Assembly: GCA_050789065.1 (NCBI GenBank)
Contig: JBOZRS010000045.1
Location: forward strand, 73,875 to 137,874
Length of the DNA: 64,000 nucleotides
Direction: 5' to 3'
Source: Microvirga sp.
GTDB taxonomy: Bacteria > Pseudomonadota > Alphaproteobacteria > Rhizobiales > Beijerinckiaceae
The translations under genes were made by a program, and so were the position numbers. Of this stretch, positions 36,837 through 46,152 are shown one piece after another (position 1 is the stretch's first letter; each line of letters begins with the position of its first letter). The notes beneath the pieces were generated by a model. It had not been told where the DNA came from. It searched no databases and was given only the letters and a program-made list of their open reading frames with translations.

Positions 36837-38523
36837 CGCCGACGTAAAGGCCGCGCTCGGAGCATGCAGGAAGCATTTTGCTTATGCGGTTGTCTTCGAT
36901 GCGTTTCTCAACGTTCTCATGCTGGCCTATCCGGTTTATCTCTACCAGATCTATGACCGCGTCATTCCGGGCAAGAGTTGGGAAACTCTCGTCGCTCTGC
37001 TGATTGGGCTGACGATCGCGGTCTCGGCAAAAGCTGTGTTTCAGTGGGTGAAGGGAACCCTCCTCGTGAGGGCATCCGCACGCATTGAGCGAAGGCTTGC
37101 AGACAGGCTGTTTCGGATCATCATCCGACGCTCAGCGGAAGGTGCAGGGGTGAGGGATGCGCAGCTCATGCGAGACCTCGACAGCTATCGGCAATTCGTG
37201 ACCGGAAAGGGTGCTCTTGCGGCGCTGGATCTACCGTGGGGCTTCCTGTTCCTGGGAGTGATCATGGTCGTCGACCCGCTGATCGGCACTGTTGCGACCA
37301 TCGCCATGATGATCTCCGGAGCCGCGACCATCGCCAATACGCTCGCAACCAAACGCGCCTTGGTCAGGGCGAATGTCATCGGCAACTCGTCCCAGCAATT
37401 CGGCGATTCAGCCGCCCGGGCGGCTGAGGCGGTCGTAGGCCTGGGCATGCTGAATGGAGTGGTCAGGCGCTGGCGCCGTGAGCGTGACAAGGCGATCCGA
37501 GAGCAATTCATCGCCAGCGGCCGAGGCGTTCTGTTCTCCTCATTCCTGAGCTCGGCGCGCATGTTGATGCAGGGGGCAATCCTCGCCATCGGCGCGGTCC
37601 AGGTCATCAATAATCACATCCCGGTCGGAGCCGTCTTTGCCTCGATCATGGTGTTCCAGTATGCCATGAAGCCCATCGATCAACTCGTGGCGGCGTGGGA
37701 CGAATATCCCCCCGTCAGAGAGGCGATGCGGCGGATCGATGCTGCCCTGTCCCGCGCCGCCGAACCGGCGATCAATCTCCACCTGCCTAAGCCTGCCGGT
37801 ACGATCACGTGTCAGGACTTGGTCTATGTTCCGCCTGGTTCCGACAGGGCCGTGTTGAGGCGCATCAGTTTCACCTTGCAGGCCGGAGAAACACTGGGCC
37901 TTCTGGGGTTGAACGGTTCGGGCAAGACCACGCTGGCGCGGATTCTCACCGGCAGTCTTCGGCCGACAAGCGGTTCCGTTCGGGTCGACGGGGCCGAAAT
38001 CGACCAATGGGACAACGATCAGTTCTGTTCATTCATCGGGTACCTGCCGCAGAACGTGAGTCTTCTGCCGGGCACTGTTGCTGACAATATCGGGCGGTTC
38101 GGCCGCTTCTCCGATGAGGACATCGTCGAAGCTGCCAGGAAGGCGCGGGTCCATGATCTGATCCTGCGTATGCCGAAAGGATACGAAACGCCGCTTGACG
38201 ACATGAATTTCTCAGGCGGGCAGCGGCAGCTGATCGCACTGGCCCGAGCCATTGTGGGCCAACCCTCCTTTGTGGTTTTGGACGAACCCAATTCCAACCT
38301 GGACGGTCCCGGCGAGGAGGCCCTGATCGCGTGCGTTCAAGCGCTCAAGCATGACGGCTGTACGGTCATCCTGATCACGCACCGGCCGAATCTCGTTCAT
38401 CATCTCGATCACGCTGCCGTTCTGCGTGACGGATCGATCTCAAACTACGGCACGACATCGGAGATCTTCCAGCAACTGGGTCGCCCGACCGTGGTCAAGA
38501 ACACAGGCAACGCCCATGCATAG
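36814..38523 (+). CDS. Type I secretion system ABC permease/ATPase (PrtD/AprD/HasD type, no C39 or CLD domain)
   Basis: 569 aa. N-terminal 6-TM domain, Walker A GLNGSGKTT, signature FSGGQRQ, Walker B FVVLDEPNSNLD, H-loop ITHR. Confidence 0.9.
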   Translation: MSNPIYHDADVKAALGACRKHFAYAVVFDAFLNVLMLAYPVYLYQIYDRVIPGKSWETLVALLIGLTIAVSAKAVFQWVKGTLLVRASARIERRLADRLFRIIIRRSAEGAGVRDAQLMRDLDSYRQFVTGKGALAALDLPWGFLFLGVIMVVDPLIGTVATIAMMISGAATIANTLATKRALVRANVIGNSSQQFGDSAARAAEAVVGLGMLNGVVRRWRRERDKAIREQFIASGRGVLFSSFLSSARMLMQGAILAIGAVQVINNHIPVGAVFASIMVFQYAMKPIDQLVAAWDEYPPVREAMRRIDAALSRAAEPAINLHLPKPAGTITCQDLVYVPPGSDRAVLRRISFTLQAGETLGLLGLNGSGKTTLARILTGSLRPTSGSVRVDGAEIDQWDNDQFCSFIGYLPQNVSLLPGTVADNIGRFGRFSDEDIVEAARKARVHDLILRMPKGYETPLDDMNFSGGQRQLIALARAIVGQPSFVVLDEPNSNLDGPGEEALIACVQALKHDGCTVILITHRPNLVHHLDHAAVLRDGSISNYGTTSEIFQQLGRPTVVKNTGNAHA

Positions 38524-39847
38524 CCACTCACAATCCGCCGTTGCCGTCGAACCTGCTCAGCCGTTCCCGGACACCGCTTCCGGACCAATCATCGTAGGCG
38601 GCCTTACTGCCATTGCGCTTTTGCTTAGCGTGACGGGTTGGTCGTCCGTCATGTCGGTGTCGAGCGCAGCCATAACAACGGGGCGGGTGACCGTCGAAGG
38701 GAACCGCAAGGCCGTTCAGCATCGGGATGGAGGCCCTGTCGGTGCCGTTTTCGTGCGCGAAGGGCAACTTGTACAGCATGGCCAGAAACTCGTTCAGCTT
38801 GAACTACCTGATGTGAAAGCCGAAGTCGAAGTCCTGAAGCATGGCAGTGATGCCGCTCTGTTCAGAGCCGCGCGACTGCAGGCTGAGCGGGCGGATTCCA
38901 GCACGTTTGAATTCCCACTTCCGTTCGTCGGCCGCTCTCAGGATCCGCAGCTTCAAATGCTGTTCCAACAGGAGAAGGCACTGCTCGAGGCGCGCCGTGC
39001 AGCCTATCTCGGACAGGTCAGCCTCCTCAATCAGCAAATTGGGGGCAGCAGCCGTCAGATTGCGGCCCTCGAAGGGCGTCTGAAAGCTGCACAGACGCAG
39101 CTCGACAGCATTGAGGACGAGTTGAACTCCCTTCGCCCTCTGCAGGAGAAGGGCCTGATCGCCCGCCCCAGAACCTTGTCGCTTGAGCGGGCAGCCGCAT
39201 CCCTCCGAGGCGATATTGAAGCGGTTCTCGGACTGAGCGCCGCGGAACATGACAAGATCCGTGCTGCCGAGATTCAAATTGGGCAGCTGACAAAAGAGCG
39301 GGTGGAACTCATCGCACGGGAGAGTGCCGACAATGACGCAAGGCTCGCAGAAATCGAGCCGCGTTTGGTTTCTGCCGAACGGCGCCTGGCGAGTAGTGTC
39401 ATTTTGGCTCCCGAAGCCGGATACGTCTATGGCCTGACGGTGTTCGGACCAGGCGCCACCCTCGTTCCCGGCCAAACGGCGCTGGAGATCGTTCCGGTCA
39501 ACGATCAGATGGTGGTCTCGATCGACATTGAGCCGACGGACGTGAAGCGCGTTCATCCGGGGCAGATTGCGAGCATCAATCTGCTTCCTTACCGCCAGCG
39601 TTATCAGAAGGCGATCACGGGAACGCTCGAGAAGGTGTCTGCGGATCTTTTCGAGGACAAAGCAACAGGGAAGGCCTATTACAAGGGGACGGTCCGTGTG
39701 AGCTCGAACGACCTGAAAGCTGCCGGAGCGGAGCTGACTCCCGGCATGCCGGCGCAGGTGACCGTCGAGACCGGAAAGCGCACCATCCTCGCGTATTTCC
39801 TCGATCCGATCCTCAAGATCTACGATTTCGCTCTAAAGGAACAATAG
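38516..39847 (+). CDS. Type I secretion membrane fusion protein (HlyD family)
   Basis: ATG 38516 overlaps the ABC stop. One N-terminal TM (IIVGGLTAIALLLSVTGW), a long coiled-coil, barrel domains, and C-terminal RTILAYFLDPILK. Confidence 0.9.
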   Translation: MHSHSQSAVAVEPAQPFPDTASGPIIVGGLTAIALLLSVTGWSSVMSVSSAAITTGRVTVEGNRKAVQHRDGGPVGAVFVREGQLVQHGQKLVQLELPDVKAEVEVLKHGSDAALFRAARLQAERADSSTFEFPLPFVGRSQDPQLQMLFQQEKALLEARRAAYLGQVSLLNQQIGGSSRQIAALEGRLKAAQTQLDSIEDELNSLRPLQEKGLIARPRTLSLERAAASLRGDIEAVLGLSAAEHDKIRAAEIQIGQLTKERVELIARESADNDARLAEIEPRLVSAERRLASSVILAPEAGYVYGLTVFGPGATLVPGQTALEIVPVNDQMVVSIDIEPTDVKRVHPGQIASINLLPYRQRYQKAITGTLEKVSADLFEDKATGKAYYKGTVRVSSNDLKAAGAELTPGMPAQVTVETGKRTILAYFLDPILKIYDFALKEQ

Positions 39848-39855
39848 GGGGCATC

Positions 39856-40119
39856 ATGTCGACACCACGAACAGCACAAGCAGGCGAGGTGGCCTCGGGC
39901 AGGCCGGTCAACCTGGAAGGGGACAGCCCGGAGCTCGTTGCATTCGCACTGCTTCGCTATCTTGCCCAGCTTGAGCAGGGCCAGGCAGGCATTTCGTTCG
40001 ACAGAGAATGGCTTCTCGATGCGTATACGGATTGCCTGCAGGCCGTGAAAGGTCAGCGGGGGGGCGGAAGCCGGGCGGGGAAAGCCACCTCGACGAACAT
40101 CGCGAAAGGGCGGAGCTAG
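39856..40119 (+). CDS. Hypothetical 87-aa protein, last gene of the T1SS operon
   Basis: ATG lies 9 nt after the MFP stop with TAGGGGG 5 nt upstream. Predicted helical core (PELVAFALLRYLAQLEQ...WLLDAYTDCLQAV) and a basic Gly-rich tail. No family recognised. Confidence 0.55.
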   Translation: MSTPRTAQAGEVASGRPVNLEGDSPELVAFALLRYLAQLEQGQAGISFDREWLLDAYTDCLQAVKGQRGGGSRAGKATSTNIAKGRS

Positions 40120-40128
40120 AGCCTCGGC

Positions 40129-40152
40129 CCCAAAAGTGGACCCACTTTTGGG
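40129..40152. repeat. Perfect 11-bp inverted repeat CCCAAAAGTGG / CCACTTTTGGG
   Basis: Seen directly, 10 nt after the stop of the 87-aa ORF. No T-run follows. Confidence 0.6.
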
Positions 40153-40181
40153 ATCAGCTCCGATGCTCCTTCTCCGGGCTG

Positions 40182-40251
40182 GCGCATCGTTCGGGGCGGA
40201 AAACCGGATCCACTTTTCGCTGACGCGGACCTCCGGTTCCGAACGATGCGC
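40182..40251. repeat. 70-bp palindromic element with 13-bp terminal inverted repeat (GCGCATCGTTCGG / CCGAACGATGCGC)
   Basis: Seen directly. The loop contains a second CCACTTTT motif (ATCCACTTTTCGC). Confidence 0.6.
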
Positions 40252-40332
40252 TAAGTGGCTGGGCACAAAGCGACGGATGATTCCGTATAATGTGCAAGCC
40301 TCCGTCGGTGACATGACGGGTTTCATGCGCAA

Positions 40333-40362
40333 GGGACGCTTATCGGCGTCCCTTTTGCATTT
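40333..40362 (+). terminator. Rho-independent terminator, probable end of the T1SS operon transcript
   Basis: Stem GGGACGC / GCGTCCC, loop TTATCG, followed by TTTTGCATTT. Abuts the stop of the convergent GT4 gene. Confidence 0.65.
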
Positions 40363-41590
40363 AAGGAAGAAGCTCTCGCAGCAGATCCTCATAGGCCGGG
40401 AGAGATACCGTTTTGAAGTCGAACTGCTCGGTTGCCGTTGTGCGGGCACCGGCAGAGATCCGCTCGCGCAATCCGCGATCGTCGATGAGTTCGACGATCC
40501 TGTCGGCGAGCTCCCTTGCGCCGAAGAAATCGGTCAGGAGCCCGTTCTGCCCATCCCGGATGATCTCCTCGACGGGCGGCGTTGCAGAACCGACAATGGC
40601 GCAGCCGCAGGCCATGGCATCGAGAAGAGACCATGACAGGACGAACGGATAAGTCAGATAGACATGCACCGTTGAGAGACGGAACAGGTTGAGCAGGTCG
40701 CCATAGGGAAGCGTTCCAAGGAAGTGCAGGCGCTCGGGATCGACGGCATTTCCGACCTCCGCAAGAAGCGCCTCCTTCCAGGTCCCCCCCTTGGGCGGAT
40801 TGCGCCCGTAGCTTGCAGGCTCTTTACCGACGACGACTACCTGGACCTCTGGGTGCATTTTCTGCAGATGCGGGACAGCGCGCATGAAAGTGTGAAAACC
40901 CCGGTACGGCTCCAGCGATCGCGCCACATAGGTCACGACGGGTTGTCCAGTATGGAGCGTCAGCCCGGACGGCATCGTGATGGGCGAAGCAGCACCGGGA
41001 GACGCCACAGAGGTATCGATCCCCTCGTGAATAATGCGGATCCGTCGAGACAAGGCTCCAGGAAAGGTTTCAGCCTGCCACCGTGTCGACGAGACCAGCG
41101 CGTCCGACAGCGCGGCCGCTTGCAGCGTCGGGAGATTGCGCAGGGAAACATAGTCCAGATCGGCGGGTGACGCGGGAAACTCGGGATCGAACTCCAGTTC
41201 GCTTCCGCTGTTGCGGTAACCATATTCCATATGAGAGACGATCTTCGTGTCCGGAAACACGTCCCTGAGGAAGATCGCTTCTCCCCATCCGGGATGAACG
41301 AAGCAGATGTCGGGCGTGAAGCCTCGCTGCTTCAATTCAACGAGCCGCCAACGCGCCAGGTCACCGCGTCGTACCTGCTCCGAGAAGAACGTCAGAGGCG
41401 GAAAGAGATCTGCATTGCGGTCGGGCCCGGAACTGTAGCCCACATATTCCACCGGGCCGGGATCGAATCCGAAAGGCGATTTTTGCCCCAGCGCCACCAC
41501 TCGAAATTCTTCCCGACGGCCAAGCTCGCGAGACAGGAGCTTGTATTGCCCGGGAAAATTCTGGTGGATGAACAGGACGTTGATGGTCAT
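40361..41590 (-). CDS. Glycosyltransferase, GT4 (GT-B fold) family
   Basis: Start MTINVLFIHQNFPGQYKLL (ATG 41590). C-domain with HFLGTLPYGDL...VHVYLTYPFVLSWSLLDAMACGCAIVGS, typical of group-1 glycosyltransferases. Confidence 0.8.
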   Translation of the reverse strand: MTINVLFIHQNFPGQYKLLSRELGRREEFRVVALGQKSPFGFDPGPVEYVGYSSGPDRNADLFPPLTFFSEQVRRGDLARWRLVELKQRGFTPDICFVHPGWGEAIFLRDVFPDTKIVSHMEYGYRNSGSELEFDPEFPASPADLDYVSLRNLPTLQAAALSDALVSSTRWQAETFPGALSRRIRIIHEGIDTSVASPGAASPITMPSGLTLHTGQPVVTYVARSLEPYRGFHTFMRAVPHLQKMHPEVQVVVVGKEPASYGRNPPKGGTWKEALLAEVGNAVDPERLHFLGTLPYGDLLNLFRLSTVHVYLTYPFVLSWSLLDAMACGCAIVGSATPPVEEIIRDGQNGLLTDFFGARELADRIVELIDDRGLRERISAGARTTATEQFDFKTVSLPAYEDLLRELLP

Positions 41591-41661
41591 TTGCGCTCCA
41601 GTGGCGGGTGCTCCACATGTATCCGCCACCGGTTTTGTAAATCAAGGATATAACAGGTCAA

Positions 41662-42225
41662 TCAGCTCCGGCCGAGCATGTAGAATTCCTCGTTCGGTCG
41701 CATATTGGTGACATTGGCAAGGCGGTTCGACATGGCGAAGAAAGCCGCAATCGCGGCGATGTCCCAGACGTCCTCGTCATTGAAGCCATGCGACTTCAAG
41801 GCCTCGATATCGGCATCGCCCACGGCATAGGCTTTGAGAGCCACCTTCAGGGCGAAATCCAGCATCGCCTTCTGCCGGTCGGTGATGTCGGCCTTGCGGT
41901 AGTTGATGGCTACTTGGTCGGCGATCAGCGGGTTCTTGGCGCGGATCCGCAGGATCGCCCCATGCGCAATGACGCAATATTGGCATTGGTTCGCCCCGCT
42001 CGTGGCGACCACGATCATCTCGCGTTCGGCCTTCGTCAGATTTCCGGGCTTTTCCATCAGGGCGTCGTGATAGGCGAAGAACGCCCGGAACTCGTCGGGC
42101 CGATGGGCAAGCACCAGAAAAACGTTCGGCACGAAGCCGGACTTTTCCTGCACCGCCAGAATGCGGCTCCGGATATCATCCGGCAGGTTAGCGATGTCGG
42201 GAACGGGAAAGCGGCTGATGGGCAT
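41662..42225 (-). CDS. Peroxidase-related enzyme, carboxymuconolactone decarboxylase (AhpD-like) family
   Basis: MPISRFPVPDIANLPDDIRSRILAVQEKSGFVPNVF and a CxxC-type motif (CQYCVIAH). Start at ATG 42225. Confidence 0.8.
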   Translation of the reverse strand: MPISRFPVPDIANLPDDIRSRILAVQEKSGFVPNVFLVLAHRPDEFRAFFAYHDALMEKPGNLTKAEREMIVVATSGANQCQYCVIAHGAILRIRAKNPLIADQVAINYRKADITDRQKAMLDFALKVALKAYAVGDADIEALKSHGFNDEDVWDIAAIAAFFAMSNRLANVTNMRPNEEFYMLGRS

Positions 42226-42353
42226 CTGGTTCACAGCGATATCTCCGCAAGCGGTCATGACGAATGGGCCTCCCGGCCGGGGCGGCCCTGCCAGACTTAG
42301 GATAAGCGGCTTGGATCCGCTAAGAAACGTGTTTTACACTGGCTCAAAGGAGA

Positions 42354-43160
42354 TTGCCGATGAGCCTGCAGAACGCCGTTTCCGATGAGACCGTCCTCCT
42401 CCGTGAGGACCGTGACGGGGTAGTCACCCTGACTCTGAACCGGCCCGCCCAATTCAACGCTTTGTCGGAAGAAATGCTGGCCGCGCTGCAATCGGCTTTG
42501 GATTCCATCTCCGCCGACGAGAACGTTCGCTGCGTCGTCATCGCCGGAGCCGGGAAGGCCTTCTGCGCGGGGCACGACCTCAAGCAGATGCGCGCCAATC
42601 CGCGCCAGGAATACTATGAGGGTTTGTTCGCGCGGTGCAGTCGGGTCATGCAAAGCATCGTCAACCTTCCGGTACCGGTCATCGCGCGGGTGCATGGCAT
42701 GGCGACGGCGGCGGGCTGCCAACTCGTGGCGACCTGTGACCTCGCTGTCGCGGCCGAGAGCGCCACCTTCGCGGTCTCCGGCATCAATGTCGGTCTCTTC
42801 TGCTCCACGCCCGCCGTGGCGCTCTCCCGCAATATCTCTCCCAGGCGCGCCTTCGACATGCTGGTGACGGGGCGCTTCATCCCGGCCGCGGAGGCCCTTT
42901 CGTATGGGCTTATCAGCCGAATGGCACCGGATGGGGAACTCGATGCGGCTGTCGCAGCGCTCACCGGCGAGATCTGCTCCAAGAGCCCGGTCGCAATCCG
43001 GACCGGAAAGGCCATGTTCAGCCACCAGCGCTCCATGGGCCTGGAGGAGGCCTATGCCTATGCTGGCGGTGTCATGGCTTGCAACATGATGGCCGAAGAC
43101 GCCGCCGAAGGTATCGACGCCTTCATTGCGAAGCGCAAACCGGTCTGGAAAGGGCGCTGA
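42354..43160 (+). CDS. Enoyl-CoA hydratase/isomerase family protein
   Basis: Crotonase-fold pattern VVTLTLNRPAQFNALS...VVIAGAGKAFCAGHDLK. Confidence 0.88.
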   Translation: MPMSLQNAVSDETVLLREDRDGVVTLTLNRPAQFNALSEEMLAALQSALDSISADENVRCVVIAGAGKAFCAGHDLKQMRANPRQEYYEGLFARCSRVMQSIVNLPVPVIARVHGMATAAGCQLVATCDLAVAAESATFAVSGINVGLFCSTPAVALSRNISPRRAFDMLVTGRFIPAAEALSYGLISRMAPDGELDAAVAALTGEICSKSPVAIRTGKAMFSHQRSMGLEEAYAYAGGVMACNMMAEDAAEGIDAFIAKRKPVWKGR

Positions 43161-43177
43161 GGAGCAGGACCGATCGG

Positions 43178-44836
43178 TCACCGCTGACTGCGCGCCATCT
43201 CCCGCAGCCGGAACTTCTGAATCTTGCCGGTAGACGTCTTCGGAATCTCGGCGAACATGATGGTGCGAGGACACTTGAATGATGCGAGATGCTGCCGGCA
43301 CCACGCGATCAGATCCTCCGCAGACGCTTCCGCGTCCGGCTTGAGTTCCACGAACGCACAAGGGGTTTCGCCCCATTTCTCGTCCGGCATCGCCACGACA
43401 GCGGCCGCCTGAACGGCCGGATGCTTGTAGAGTGCATCCTCAACCTCGATGGAGGAGATGTTCTCGCCGCCGGAGATGATGATGTCCTTTGAGCGGTCCT
43501 TGAGCTGGATGTACCCGTCCGGGTATTTCACGCCAAGGTCGCCGGAGTGGAACCATCCGCCCGCGAAGGCCTTCGCGGTAGCGGTCGGGTTCTTGAGATA
43601 GCCCTTCATCACCACATTGCCACGGAACATGACTTCACCGAGGGTCGTGCCATCGGCCGGGACGGGCTGCATTGTTTCAGGGTTGAGGACGTCCAGCGCT
43701 TCGAGCACGGGATAACGCACGCCCTGCCGAGCCTTACGGGCGGCGTATTCGGCGGGCGGCAGGTCGTCCCACTCCTGATGCCATTCGTTGACCACGGCCG
43801 GGCCATAGACCTCCGTCAGCCCATACAGGTGAGTGACATCGAAGCCCGCGGCCTTCATGGCCGAGAGAACGGCCTCAGGCGGAGGGGCGGCCGCCGTGAA
43901 GAACCGGACCATGCGGGGCAGGGGGCGCTTTTCGGCGGCTGGCGCATTGAGGAGCGTCGACATGACGATGGGAGCGCCGCACAGGTGGGTCACCCCATGG
44001 TCGGCGATGGCATCGTACATGGGCTTTGCCCGCACGGCGCGCAGGCAGACATGGGTGCCCGCGACGATCGACAGCGACCAGGGAAAACACCAGCCGTTGC
44101 AGTGGAACATGGGAAGGGTCCACAGATAAACCGGGTGCTGGCTCATGCCTCCGGTGATGATGTTGCCCATGGCCAGCAGGTGGGCGCCGCGATGGTGGTA
44201 TACGACACCCTTGGGATCCCCCGTCGTGCCGGAGGTGTAGTTCAACGTAATGGCATCCCACTCGTCGCCGGGCAGGCTCCAGGCAAAGTCCGGATCGCCC
44301 CCGGCCAGGAAGGTTTCATATTCGATTTCGCCCAGGCGTTCCCCCGCGCCTGTGAATTCCGAGTCGTCATAATCGATCACGAGCGGCTTCACCGCCACCT
44401 GCTCCAAAGCCGCCTTCACGACGGGAGAGTACTCGCGATCCGTAATCAGCACCTTCGCGCCGCTATGCTCGAGGGAGAAGGCAATGATCGGTGCGTCGAG
44501 ACGGGTATTGAGAGTGTTCAGCACCGCACCCGCCATTGGCACGCCGTAGTGGCACTCCAGCATGGCGGGCGTGTTGGGCAGCATCACCGAGACCGTATCT
44601 CCACGCCCGATTCCTCGCTGGGCCAAGGCAGAGGCCAGACGACGGGAGCGGGCGTAGAAATCGCGATAATTGCGCCGCAGGGCGCCATGGATGATCGCGA
44701 TCCGATCCGGATGGATGCTGGCTGCGCGTTCCAGGAAGGTGAGGGGCGTCAGCGGCTGAAAATTCGCTGGGTTCTTGTCGAGGTCCGTGTCGTAGATGGT
44801 CAGGGGCACAGCGGTTTCTCCCGTTTCCGCAGCCAA
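43178..44836 (-). CDS. Acyl-CoA synthetase (AMP-dependent synthetase/ligase)
   Basis: AMP-binding motif YTSGTTGDPKGV and C-terminal SGKIQK. Start uncertain: TTG 44836, or GTG 44809 preceded by GGGAGA. Confidence 0.9.
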   Translation of the reverse strand: MAAETGETAVPLTIYDTDLDKNPANFQPLTPLTFLERAASIHPDRIAIIHGALRRNYRDFYARSRRLASALAQRGIGRGDTVSVMLPNTPAMLECHYGVPMAGAVLNTLNTRLDAPIIAFSLEHSGAKVLITDREYSPVVKAALEQVAVKPLVIDYDDSEFTGAGERLGEIEYETFLAGGDPDFAWSLPGDEWDAITLNYTSGTTGDPKGVVYHHRGAHLLAMGNIITGGMSQHPVYLWTLPMFHCNGWCFPWSLSIVAGTHVCLRAVRAKPMYDAIADHGVTHLCGAPIVMSTLLNAPAAEKRPLPRMVRFFTAAAPPPEAVLSAMKAAGFDVTHLYGLTEVYGPAVVNEWHQEWDDLPPAEYAARKARQGVRYPVLEALDVLNPETMQPVPADGTTLGEVMFRGNVVMKGYLKNPTATAKAFAGGWFHSGDLGVKYPDGYIQLKDRSKDIIISGGENISSIEVEDALYKHPAVQAAAVVAMPDEKWGETPCAFVELKPDAEASAEDLIAWCRQHLASFKCPRTIMFAEIPKTSTGKIQKFRLREMARSQR

Positions 44837-45150
44837 TTATGCTCCAAAACCCATGGGGCTGACTATGCTGCAAAGAGACAGTCCGGAGCCCGTACAAGCA
44901 AACTTGACAAGATATTGTTTTTAGAGCCTGCCGACGTCGGAAGGAAATGGCAGCGGGCGGGACTTGTATTGTCCCCTGGGTGGGGCGCAACCACTGGCGA
45001 GCAGGCTGTTTTTAGCGTGGCTGTGCGTTGCCAAGCCCCGGCACCGCCGAATCCAGGAAATGTTGCGCCGGGTGAGCGATTGCGTTCTCATGAAATCGCT
45101 GCGCCTTCTCATAGGCGTTGTCAAGAATTTGAACTTTCTAGGGAGCCGCC

Positions 45151-46152
45151 ATGTCTTTTCATTTCACGCCCACGCGCCGGAGCGTAATCGGCCTCGCTCT
45201 TGGTGCCGCCGCAAGCCTGATGTCCGGAGGGGTGACAGCCCAGCAAGCCTCCTACCCGTCCCGGCCGGTACGCATCATCGTGCCGTTCCCGGCCGGGGGC
45301 ACTACTGACATCTTCGCCCGGCTGGTGGCGGACAAGCTATCTCAGTCCCTGGGGCAGCAATTCATCATCGATAATCGCGGCGGCGCAGGGGGCAATATCG
45401 GCACGGATGCAGTCGCCAAGGCCGACCCGGACGGTTACACCCTGGTGATGGGGACCGTTGGAACCCATGCCATCAATGCGAGCCTCTACACGAAGATGCC
45501 GTACGACCCGGTCAAGGATTTTACGCCAGTGGCCTATGTAGCGGGTGTCCCCAACATCATGGTGGTCAGCCCGAAGAAGGTGAAGGCGACCACTGTTCAG
45601 GAGTTCATCGCCGAGGCGAAAGCAACGCCCGGCAAGCTGAACATGGCGTCGTCCGGTAACGGCACTTCCATTCACCTCTCGGGCGAGTTGTTCAAGCAGA
45701 TGACAGGGGTGGATATGCCCCATGTGCCATACCGGGGCAGTGGGCCGGCCGTGAACGATCTCATTGCTGGTCAGGTCGATGTGATGTTCGACAACCTTCC
45801 ATCGTCCATCGAGCAGGTCCGGGCCGGTAATCTGCGGGCGCTCGCCGTCACATCCGCAAACCGCTCACCTGCTATTCCGGACAAGCCGACGCTCGCGGAG
45901 TCAGGGCTCCCGGGCTTCGAGGCGACAAGCTGGTTCGCGCTCTTTGCCCCAAAGTATACATCCCCTGAGATCGTTGCGAAGTTGAACCAGGCGGTCCGCA
46001 AGGCACTCGGGTCTCAGGAGCTGCAAAAGCGTTTTGCGGACCTTGGCGGCACTACGATCCTGATGAGCCCCGATGAACTCCTGGACTATGTCAAGGCCGA
46101 ACGAGAGAAATGGGCGAAGGTCGTGAAGGCTTCCGGCGCCAAAGTCGATTAA
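45151..46152 (+). CDS. Tripartite tricarboxylate transporter substrate-binding protein (Bug/TctC family)
   Basis: Signal peptide, then [26 protein letters not shown], the Bug-family hallmark. Confidence 0.9.
   Translation: MSFHFTPTRRSVIGLALGAAASLMSGGVTAQQASYPSRPVRIIVPFPAGGTTDIFARLVADKLSQSLGQQFIIDNRGGAGGNIGTDAVAKADPDGYTLVMGTVGTHAINASLYTKMPYDPVKDFTPVAYVAGVPNIMVVSPKKVKATTVQEFIAEAKATPGKLNMASSGNGTSIHLSGELFKQMTGVDMPHVPYRGSGPAVNDLIAGQVDVMFDNLPSSIEQVRAGNLRALAVTSANRSPAIPDKPTLAESGLPGFEATSWFALFAPKYTSPEIVAKLNQAVRKALGSQELQKRFADLGGTTILMSPDELLDYVKAEREKWAKVVKASGAKVD

Noticed and set aside
39820-40449. 209-aa minus-strand ORF across the T1SS/GT4 intergenic region.
   Set aside because: It is made of palindromic repeat elements and a terminator, overlaps the ends of two supported genes, and has a low-complexity translation.
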